From positions 62,001-126,000 of the forward strand of contig NW_003314261.1 in the NCBI RefSeq assembly GCF_000143415.4: a DNA stretch of 64,000 bases, read 5' to 3'. The notes under the pieces were generated by a model. It worked only from the letters and a program-made list of their open reading frames with translations. It was not told the DNA's origin and made no database searches. This stretch comes from Selaginella moellendorffii. Its lineage: Eukaryota > Plantae > Lycopodiophyta. Shown here in pieces: positions 1 through 10,250 of this stretch (the stretch's first letter is position 1; the number at the start of each line of letters is the position of its first letter). The translations under genes were made by a program, and so were the position numbers.

Positions 1-117
1 AAGATGGCATGTGGCCTCATGCCATTTCTAAATGTGGTCCTAAACCATTCCATGGTGAACATACCAGGAAGCACAAGTGCCGAATATCAAGAGGAAGCGG
101 TAGCCACACCAAAGACA

Positions 118-250
118 GTGCCGCTCGCAACACCGCAACTACTCGTAGCGCCGCTCGCAACACCACAACTGCTCGTAGCGCCGCTCGCACAAACTGCCAC
201 TCGCATAAACTGCCGCTCGCAATGGCGCTCGCAATGCCGCAACCGCTTGT
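118..250 (+). repeat. Short GC-rich tandem repeat (30-bp unit CCGCTCGCAACACCRCAACTRCTCGTAGCG, decaying)
   Basis: Units start at 121, 151 and 181, with degenerate CGCTCGCAA copies to about 250. Confidence 0.85.
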
Positions 251-561
251 AGACGCATAAACCACAGCTCACAACGCCGCTTACACAAGCAGCGCTCACT
301 GCGCTCAGCGGAACCAAGAACACGGCGCACAAAAATGATAGACCTAGGAATGAGTTCGAGAATTCAAAAATAACACACGCTTGAACGTCACATCAAATCC
401 TTTGACAAACCAGATCTTATGATTCCTCTGACAAATTTCAAACTGAGTAGCTTCTAGACTTTGCTGTCAGAGGTTGAACTTTGTCACATCATGTCCTTGC
501 CTCGATCCAGCTATGCCATGTCAGTGATTCGAACTTTGCCATGCCATGTCAGCGATCCGCG

Positions 562-2419
562 CCAAGATTATTCGCCATGTAAAGGAATAATTATGCTGTG
601 TGTGTACGTCCATTTATGGCAATATAAGGCCACACGCCATTCAAAGAATAATGCTAGTCGAGCATTTTTTGGTGCATTTTTGGGTTCAAAATTGCATGAG
701 CCCACACGCTATAAAGTTTACCTGTACCAAAAATAGAAACAGCTTTATTTACTTGGGAATTTAAGTGGTTGAGGCATTTTTAAACTTACAAACACATGCC
801 CTACTTACATTCATTTGGTTGCTTAAAATTCAAAAATATTATAAACCTTTCTTTTTGCATTTTCAATGTTTTCAATTATGGTTTTTGATTTTCGCAGGAC
901 CAGCCTAGTAATCTATTTGCATCCCGTCATGTTTATAGCTAGCTTTCGTTTGTCCCCTTCGCTGGCCTGAGATACATCTGCTCGGAATCTGCCTCTTACA
1001 GCATTTGCCCAGAAAGGGCATCTTTCTTCACGCAGCATTTGCCACATGTTTAGGGTTAGGGTTTAGGGTTTAGGGTTTAGCAATTCAGTAGCTTGATAAA
1101 CATGCAAATACAGAACTTGATGCAAAATCCTTTGATATGTCACAATGCCCCTAGGACCATAAACACATTTCAATAGAGAGGGTCCTTTCATTTCATAACT
1201 CCTTACGTAGATCTTGGTGAAACCAGAGTTAGTGAAGTTGGTTTTTTGTGATCCCGCATCTGATTGTGATGTCCCTTTGCAGTGTCAATGGAAAGGTCAA
1301 TGCACACCAAACTGTAGAATCTTGGAGCAAAATAACGGTCGGATCTATGGCAAATGCCCCTGAAACATTGTAAGGCTCGTATGGTCTCATGTGGTGTCCG
1401 ATCGAGATGCTTCTTTGCAGGGTCATCAAGAAGGACATTGTATACCATTCTGTAAAATCTGGTTGCGATCTAACGGTTGGATCTCCAGGAAACTCAAAAC
1501 AATCTCGCACGTGTTAGAATATTCTAGGAATATACTCCTATGTGCTCCAAGATTATTCGCCGTGTAAAGGAATAATTATGCTGTGTCATTTATGGCAATA
1601 TAAGGCCACACGCCATTCAAAGAATAATGCTAGTCGAGCATTTTTTGGTGCATTTTTGGGTTCAAAATTGCATGAGCCCACACGCTATAAAGTTTACCTA
1701 TACCAAAAATAGAAACAGCTTTATTTACTTGGGAATTTAAGTGGTTGAGGCATTTTTAAACTTACAAACACATGCCCTACTTACATTCCTTTGGTTGCTT
1801 ACATTCCTTTGGTTGCTAGCTTTCGTTTGTCCCCTTCACTAGCCTGAGATACATCTGCTCGGCATCTGCGTCTTACAGCATTTGCCCAGAAAGGGCATCT
1901 TTCTTCACGCAGCATTTGCCACATGTTTAGGGTTTAGGGTTTAGGGTTTAGCAATTCAGTAGCTTGATAAACATGCAAATACAGAACTTGATGCAAAATC
2001 CTTGGATATGTCACAATGCCCCTAGGACCATAAACACATTTCAATAGAGAGGGTCCTTTCATTTCATAACTCCTTACGTAGATCTTGGTGAAACCAGAGT
2101 TAGTGAAGTTGGTTTCTTGTGATCCCGCATCTGATTGTGATGTCCCTTTGCAGTGTCGATGGAAAGGTCAATGCACACCAAACTGTAGAATCTTGGAGCA
2201 AAATAACGGTCGGATCTATGGCAAATGCCCCTGAAACATTGTAAGGCTCGTGTGGTCTCATGTGGTGTCCGATCGAGATGCTTCTTTGCAGGGTCATCAA
2301 GAAGAACATTGTATACCATTCTGTAAAATCTAGTTGCGATCTAACGGTTGGATCTCCAGGAAACTCAAAACAATCTCGCGCGTGTCAGAATATTCTAGGA
2401 ATATACTCCTATGTGCTCC
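562..2419. repeat. Tandem duplication (562-1546 and 1547-2419)
   Basis: Both copies begin CCAAGATTATTCGCC and end ATGTGCTCC. The second copy has an internal deletion of about 110 bp. Each contains a TTTAGGG tract (1048-1080, 1926-1950). Confidence 0.9.
1990..2418 (-). pseudogene. Decayed exon of an unknown protein, divergent from the ParB-like gene (second copy at about 1120-1546)
   Basis: A minus-strand acceptor (TTTTCAG) follows the palindrome at 2425-2445. The frame reads RDCFEFPGDPTVRSQ.DFTEWYTM...RCGITRNQLH, with stops consistent with C>T decay. Confidence 0.4.
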
Positions 2420-3196
2420 TGAAAATGGCATGCGGCCCACGCCATTCAAGAGATAACGCCAGATGACGCCGAGCATTTTTTGGTGCATTTTTTGGGATCA
2501 AAATTGCATGAGCCCACATGCTTGAACGTCATCCTCTGACAATTTATTTAGCTGAACATCTGGCATTTTTGGAAATACAAGATGCTTTGGAATATCCAAT
2601 CATGCATGGTATAAATATAGCGAGGGTATTAAATGATATCCCAATCATGATCTTTCTTTTGGATTTCGCGTGCATGCAGTCCGAGGAATGATGACGTTGC
2701 GGATTTCTTTTGGATTTCACGCATGCGCGCGCCGATCCAGAAATTAATGGTGGCGCCCAAGTCCGAGAAATGATGACGTGGCGGGATTACCAACCGTCGT
2801 GACATTTCGCGCGTGTGAGGTTAGGTTTTGCATTTTGCTTCGTACTCGCGCTCGCACACTCGCGCTCGCATCGCGCTCCCACTCGCGCTCCCACTTCTCT
2901 ACAGGTTTCTCGTGTGCATCGGCGTCCACTCGCGCTTGCATCACACTCGCGCTCGCATCGCGCTCGCATCGCGCTCGTGTGCATCGGCGTCCACTTCAAG
3001 ACACACCCAGTTTGTAACTTCGCCGCCAACTCCGCCGCCCACTCCGCCACCCACACGCAGCCCACTTGGCGTCCCGGGAGATTTCAGCACCACTCTCCAA
3101 CTGTAAGTGGCAGAGTAGCCTTGCTGCTACGATCCGCTGCACACACAGTGCACATTCGCCAGCGAGTCCGGTTGTCACGCCTCCATTCGGCTTCAA

Positions 3197-6100
3197 ATGG
3201 TAAGTCTTTTAGGCCAAGTAGAAAATGGCATGAGGCCACATGCCATTCAGTAGCAACATTGGCATGCACCGATTGGGCTCTCGAGTGCAGTCCGGTTACA
3301 GATGGTGTGTAGCCTCACGCCATCTTAGGATGCAGCCTCAAGACATCTGATGCAGTGGTGAATGGCGTGTGGCCTCACGTTATTTCCAGCTACTAGCTTT
3401 TCATCAGTCAGCTCTAATTGTTGTGCATTTCTGAACAGGCGAGGAATTGCGTTCTTCTTCCAGCCACTGTCAATGTGGATGCAGAGAAGGGGGAGGAGCT
3501 CACCAGTTGGACTTTCGGGATGGAAGGCGAGGATCTAAGGCTGTACAACACAGATGGTGGGAGAAAAGAATGCATGGGGATCCTCATCCAAGTGACAGAC
3601 ACTCCATGCAGTTCCATGCAAGAATATGGACTGGCACTTGTGGTAGAGATAGCGTCTGCCTTCAAGATCCACCTTGCACATCCTAGCGGCTTCTCGGAGG
3701 GGGGCAGCGGCTATGAGGAATTCCTAGAGGGAGCTAGGGAGAGGTTGTCCAGGAGGCCCACAATTTCAAAGACGCTGCGGGTCTATGAAGATCACATGGA
3801 ATCCACGGACCTCACCTACGGCGATGTTCAAAAACTATATTCCAACATTGAGCCGTTGAGAGTGACTCTAGTTTGCGAAGCAAAGGGGAAGGGGGTCGAT
3901 CTGGAAACTACCTCAAAGCAGAAAAGGGTGGTCAAGCTCAAGCCGACGTCCGACTCTCCTGCTCCAAAAAAGAAGCTACTCAGTGATGCCATTGCCTCGG
4001 GTTCGAACACTACACCCACCAAAAAGAAGAGCCGCAAAGAGCAGAAAGAGCAAGAAGAGGCAGCAAAAATCGTCGCAGATAATAGTACTTGTTACTATTC
4101 CAACAAAGTATATACAATCGACGTGAGCCGTATCGACATCCAAAGCAAATGCAACCACAGGCTAGTATCTGATGAGTGGGTGGAGAAATTGAAGCAGAAG
4201 ATGCTGGCAAGTCCAGTAACACCCGACATCGCAGACGTGATCCCCTACTACCAAAAAATGAAGGGCGAGATGAGGTTTCCAGACTTGATCAATAGGAAGG
4301 TGTTGGACGATCAGAACATCCGGTTCTATGCCGTCTCCGGGCAGCATTCTAGCTTGGCGATGCAAGAGATAGTTGTGGATATTATGGTGGGCGAGGAGGT
4401 GAAGAAAGTCTTCAAGACAAGAGTTGTCCGCCTGATAAAAGGCAACTCGCCCCTCCGATCTATCATATACATCTCCCTCAGAGTCGTGCACAAGTCCTCG
4501 TATGTCACAATATGGCCGGGAGTCATTTTGGTCTTGTTGAAGACAACCTCACCACGTAGAAGAGCATTAGCCACTGTCAGAAGGTCGTCATCGTCTAGAG
4601 ACCGCGAGAAACGCAAGGCGTTGAGCTTCAAATCATTGGGCTTCCGGCCGTCCTCCACACCCATTGAGTTTGGCAACTCCCCGTCATGGTACCTCCTCAG
4701 CACATCTACCCATTTGTCAAAAACAACTTTTGTCGCGAGTAGAATGTTATGGATGCTGAGTGTGTCATTGACCCCCAGTGTTTTTGAGAGAAGACTCGAG
4801 AATTCCTGCAATGGAAATGGCGTGAGGCCACATGCTATGCCACATACAACGAGGCTTACCTGCCAGGCGCTAGTTGCTAGTGCACGTCCTTGTCCTGGTT
4901 TTTGTGGCTTCTTCAGTTGAACCCAAAGCTTCCGTGTTCGTGCCAATGTCTCGTGCAGACCCGATTTGTAGCACGTTTCTTGCTTGACATTCTGCGCGTG
5001 CACGACTCTAAGAGCTCGTGCGCTATTGAAGGATTGGATCTTCGAGCAAGTGGCCGTGGAGAGGGTGAGCATCGACACCACGCAAGAGATGATGGAAGCG
5101 CTGGAGTTGTCAAATGAAGACATCGACGAGTACGTGAAGGGGGCCCCCAAGTTTATCGATCTGCTGCGGGATGCCACGAAAAGTAAAGCTGAGAAGTTGG
5201 ATCAGTATCCAAATTTCATTAAGATTGATGTCGACCGCCGGCTTCAGAAACAGCTCGACCCCGCAGCAGAGGCCTATCGAGAACCTTACCGGGTATACTT
5301 GAATTCGGATGAGGATCAAAGGTGGAGGAGCATCGTTTCCCGCGGAGATGAGCAGGTCAAGAACATCTTTTGTGTGATGGACTTCACAAACGAGGAGATC
5401 ACTCATGCAGACGAAGTCAGCTCCATCATTGACTTAATGGTGGGACTTGCGGAGGTGGAATTTTCAGTCCACTATATGATCTACGACTCCGAATCCTATC
5501 ACAAGTTCTGGAAGGCCTTGAACGAGGTGAAGGCTCGGTTGAAAGGCAAGGAGATGCGGGAGATCCATGGGATAATGGCTAAGAAGAAGATACCGACGAA
5601 TGTCTGCATCTTCACACTCGCCCTTGTTATTGGTCCTGCAGCAGAGTGGGACTGGAGTGACTTCCCAGCTTCGTTCGACAAGGCCAATCGAATTGATCTG
5701 AGGGAGGTCAATTTACCCGTGCCTGAGGAACTAAAGACGGCTATGGAGCTTTCGAATCCAAAGAAAGCTCCAGGTGCAGCATGGGAAATGCTCAGCTGGG
5801 TCTTCAACGCAATAGCGGGTGGGTCACCTGCTTCCGACTCCAAGGGCAAATGCGTTGTCGAGTACAACTGCGGCGGACTATTCTTTCGAGCCGCACTACT
5901 CAAGGGTGTCCCGTGTGTTGCGGTGACAAACTCCATTGAAGAGGTGACTTCAATGGAGCATATAATTACAGTTGCCAAAGAAAAACAGTATCTTCTCTGC
6001 GAACCTGGTGAGTACGCACTTTAAGTTTAAATGTTATCTCACAAGCTCTGTATGCAGGAGCGTGGCCACCCCCAGATGCTGAAACGGCGTTAACAGCTAC

Positions 6101-7041
6101 TGTTGAAGATACCCATGTTGGGCCGAGCTCACAACCTGCACAAGGTAAGGTCACGTGAGGCCTCACGCCATTTTGATTATAGATCGTTGTGAATATTCAG
6201 ACACGAGGACTGAAAAGCGCACTGGTGGCGCATCGAAGAAGGACAAACAGAAAAGCAATAGGAAAAAAGGAGGTACAAATTATATTTGCAATGGCGTGTG
6301 GTCTCATGCCATTCCTTGCAGGAAAAACTTCTTCAAAGGCAAAACAGGCAAGCACCAGCCAAGCTCAAACTGACAGTGGTCATAAAAAGCGAAAGCACGT
6401 TGGATAGTCATCGAGATTAGAGGCGTTTGATTCGAAAAGGAAGAAGGGCAACGAAAAGATGATAGGTAATGCCTCGCGGTTATGGCGTGTGTGCTCATGC
6501 CATTCATTGCAGATCAAGCGCTGAGTGAAAGCAGGCAGTCACCACCTCATGACTCAGATTCCTATGGCGGACTCCCCTTCCCCAATCTCAATGGAGAGGT
6601 ACAATGGATGAGGGAAGCTTTTCAAGGTAGGGCCACGTTTTTCTCATCTCGTCGTCTTCGAAGGGTGCAAGAACGTGCAGAAACCATGTTAAGACAGTCG
6701 GGTGAGGATACGGTCCTAGGTCACGCACTAAAACAGGCTATGGATGTCTTGTATTTTGAGATGGAGACTCGGCCAGATGATTTTCCCAAGATACGTTATA
6801 TCAGAAGCCATTTGATCGGACAGACACCAGTCATCATTTATGGCATGTATATTGTCTAGCCAAGCACTATCCGCATCTCCATAATCTGCTCAACCGGATA
6901 AGTTCTTCAACCACTGAACATGAGCGTGGACGTATTAGAGAAGAGATGGCATTACTATTGGGTTTAAATCCTGATAGTGTGGAGAGTGATGAAATTCCAA
7001 GATTATTGTATAGGCGTTGGAGGCAAAAAATAACAGTCTGA
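3197..7041 (+). pseudogene. Multi-exon gene with a ParB/Srx-like domain (about 4105-4440) and a degenerate DNA-methyltransferase-like fold (about 5350-5990), disrupted by an inversion and a premature stop
   Basis: ATG at 3197 is followed directly by GTAAGT. Phase-consistent GT-AG introns lie at 3200-3438, 4859-4806 (inside the inverted segment), 6008-6057, 6145-6182, 6273-6321, 6466-6512 and probably about 6795-6859. Motifs: HRLVSDEWVEKLKQKM...FYAVSGQHSSLA and GKCVVEYNCGGLFFRAALLKGVPCVAV. In-frame TAG at 6405-6407. Confidence 0.7.
4477..5012 (-). other. Intragenic inversion bounded by 15-bp inverted repeats
   Basis: CTCAGAGTCGTGCAC (4477-4491) and GTGCACGACTCTAAG (4998-5012) are 14/15 complementary. 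The interior codes on the minus strand. Confidence 0.85.
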
Positions 7042-8654
7042 GATGGCATGTATTTATTTAAAAATGTAACTTATTATGGCATGGGGTTCCATGCCATTGT
7101 ATTAATATTAAAAGACAATTCTTTGAGAGGATTTGCATTATACTAGAAGTGTTACAGCATGTTATTGGAAGTCTACGAAGTTGTTTTATTAATAATGGGA
7201 AAGTAAAGATTGAATGGGGGACTTGGGCTCCACCTAGACTCGGAGCAACTGAGCCAATATTAAAAGGATGGAAAGAAATTGGACGACGATGACAAGGAGA
7301 AGAAAGAGGTGAAGCAGTGGCAGGGGGAAGAGAAGTGATTGAGTAGACATTTCCTTGTTTAAAATAAAATGGCATGTGCCTCAATGCAGTTGAATTTTGT
7401 TATATTTATATACTATATAAAGGTTTGGAAACCTTATTTTACAAGTGGGATAATGACAATTCCCACTTTAACGAAATAGAGCTTGGTTCCTCTCTACTAT
7501 AATACTAGTTTATCAGATGATAGCTTACTTGGAATACTTCATTGATAATTAACTCTTTAAGATATCATTGTCTATGACTTTGATATTGTCCCTCTATTGA
7601 TCTTTGCGTTTGGGCCAGTAATGGGCAGACTGGCTTCGGCACTTCGTGTGCATGTTGAAATCTCTAGTCATGGGGTAGCTACTGTCGACTGGTCACATAA
7701 CCCGCCTCTCTGTCGATGTTCCTTATTCCGTGAAAGGGCGTGACCGTGTAAACAACTCTAAACTGCCTGTTGACAGTAGTCTATCTAAACCTTACTGACG
7801 GGTTTGGTTTCTTTGCTCAGGAGGGTTGGGGCCTCTGGCTTCTCTCTCTATGTCTCTGCAGGTAAGGCGTATCACACTTTTGTAGCTGGGTGACTCCCAG
7901 AGCAGCAAGGGTGGCTGACTCCGTTGGTCATTTCCTTATCGGCGACGGCCGGAAGGTGTCTGAGCTGGTAGTGCATCCGCGTTAGACAACAAGGTTCCCC
8001 CTAACTCATTTAAGTTGGTGCATTTCTCACATAGTGTGAGTACCGTGAACTTTTTCTGGAGTTGTTTCCTTGGCGGTATTCTAGACTCGAGTGTGCATCG
8101 ACGAGGATGTCGATCTTCCCAAGGGGGGGAGAGTGTCGCGAATGTGACTTCAGGTATCAAAAGTTACCTGTCGGCTAGTCCTTTCTGATACTCTTACCTT
8201 ACTGCCACGATGGCAGGAGGTCGGTATTACTGGACCCTTTATCAGTCCCTCTTGTGCTAGTGGAGTTAACTGGGCATTTCGAGTGTACTTAGATTGGACG
8301 AGCATAAGGACGGAATTCCTACGTGTTATTAGCTAAGCATACTTAGCCCGGTAAGGAGTTCCCATCTCGTTTTGTCTTGCACTTGCTAGTGACAAGAACC
8401 CTCGCGTATTGAGACTAGTCCCTCAATATCGCTACATGATAGCTTACCGTGTCTGCCAAACACCCTCGCTATCATGCCCTTTGTGTTAGTCTCATTTTGG
8501 TCCCAAATGCTATTTATGGAAAGTGTCCAGATTTGCTCATTTGGCATATCTACAGAATGTAGAGATCGGCCTGAACACAATGGTGTTCGTCCCGTGTCCA
8601 AATTCACAATCTAGGGACATTCCATAGTCTCTGGGACAAGCTCGAAACTTACTA

Positions 8655-9270
8655 AATAGGCTTGGGGTGAAAGCCCAAAGCGTGTGTTCCTCAAGGGGGG
8701 GGGGGGGCTATGGGGGGTTCCAAATGTATAGTAGGGATAGTGGGTAGGTCGGGCATGGCCGACCAACGTGAGGCATAGTCTAGCTCCCGCTTGCGTGCCT
8801 GTCCTTGTTCTGCGTCCGGCTTGGGTCTAAGCCCAAGTTCCATTCCATGCTAGCTGGTGGAGTACCCATATCCTCACGTTAGGCCACCGGTATGCCGAAA
8901 TAGCGCCAGACTCCATTTGGCTCCGTTTTGCATGCTAGTTCTGGCATTGGGATGCTGGTTACTCTAGGACTGTTCCAAGTCTCTCCAGGCTCTTGTCCCT
9001 TTGCTCCTTGGGCTTTATGCTCGGGAGTTGCTCCGTGGTTCAATTCCACCACTCTTTAGCTTCACGCTTGGGAGTTTGGCACCGTTCCTTCGTTCAGTGG
9101 CCCAAGGCCCTGAACCTCGGGTTCCTATGGACACGTGGCATGGACACGTGGCATCTGTCACGTGGCACAAAGAGGGTTTAGGTTCTGCTTCGTGGTGTTA
9201 TCCTATGGTAAATCACCATAGGATAAAAGGTAAAAACCACGTGCGCTACAGGCTGGGTGGTGTGTCGTCT
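8655..9270 (+). mobile_element. LTR-like fragment related to the gypsy LTRs at 11774 and 17668
   Basis: Shares GGGGTGAAAGCCCAAAGC..poly-G..GGGTTCCAAA.GTATAGTAGGGATAGTG with 12192-12286. Boundaries are uncertain. Confidence 0.5.
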
Positions 9271-9749
9271 TCCTTCAAGGCCCATAGGGAAAGTGAGAGA
9301 AAGCAAAGCAGGGCCAGGAAAGGAGGGGAACTACACCCATTTTCCATGCATTGTTCTAGCGTAGTAGCCAAGGATAATGCAAGTGACGGTCAAGGAGGTG
9401 CCAGCCAAGGGAGGGGGGAGGGGCGGAGGAGAAAGCAGACGTGGTGGTGGTGGTGGCGGAGGCTTTGTCGGACCCCCTCTTAGCACCTGGGGCCGTTATA
9501 GTACCGGGGTCGCAGCCGGCCCCCAAGGGGGGCCGCTGGTGGGTGCTTGGTCGTGCCACCAGCGCTGCCATCACTGGCAAGGCCAAAGGAAGGACTTGTG
9601 ACATGGATGGCGATGGAGATGCTTGCAACAGCAGTCACCGGAACCATAAGTCTGCAGCACTAGTCGCTCCCTCCACTTCGTCTGGTGACAAAGAGAAAGA
9701 AATGAGAAACTATTCCAGAGACTTAGATATCCCCCATACCTGATTGCTG

Positions 9750-10250
9750 GCGCTTGGGAGTTGACGAGGAAGCAGAAGAGGAGAATAATCCAGACGTGGA
9801 TGAGTCTCAGACCGAGTACTCATGTCCTTATTGCTACAAAGATTACGACATTGCTGTCCTTTGTTCGCATTTAGGAGACAAGCACTGCTATGAGTGCCTT
9901 TAGTTTCTGTGTGTTTGGTCTGTGCTGCTGCCCCGTGTTTCCTTCGGTTTTTCTTTTCTTTCTCTTGTTTATTGCAAGCGATGTGCTAAGTTCATCTAGC
10001 TGCAGGTCTGTCCGATCTGTGGAACCAAAGTTTGGAAAGACATGGCCAGCCACATAATGCTAGACCACAGTCAGCTTTTCAAGATATTCTTTCAAGTGTT
10101 TTGAAACATTTCAAAATCAGATAATTCTCCTTGACTACACATCCACACCCAGACACAGCAGCGTTTTCAAAGATCAGGAGCACTAGCATCAAACGCAACT
10201 TTGGCTTTGCTCATCAAGGAGCTTAGAGAGATCCATGTGCAAGCGTTCCA
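9750..10250 (+). pseudogene. Di19: Drought-induced 19 (Di19) zinc-finger gene fragment
   Basis: Exons translate to EYSCPYCYKDYDIAVLCSHLGDKHCYE, VCPICGTKVWKDMASHIMLDHSQLFK and QRFQRSGALASNATLALLIKELRE. No clear start was found and the first donor site appears lost. Confidence 0.8.

Larger units (their letters stand above)
1..7482. mobile_element. Right arm of a putative large TIR DNA element (unclassified; left end and any transposase lie outside the window)
   Basis: 7443-7482 matches the reverse complement of the MITE left end at 37/40 nt. The ATGGCRTG-N6-CAYGCCAT palindrome recurs across 4-7390 and otherwise was seen only in the two MITEs. Confidence 0.6.

Noticed and set aside
4326-5177. 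283-aa minus-strand ORF as an independent antisense gene
   Set aside because: Only 4492-4997 is protein-like, and it is explained as the inverted middle of the + strand gene.
4-7390. Palindromic repeats as a CRISPR array
   Set aside because: Spacing is irregular (tens to over a thousand bp), copies lie in introns, the context is eukaryotic and no cas genes are present.
7490-8650. Non-coding stretch right of the TIR, possibly a TE remnant
   Set aside because: No recognisable motif, terminus or second copy in the window.
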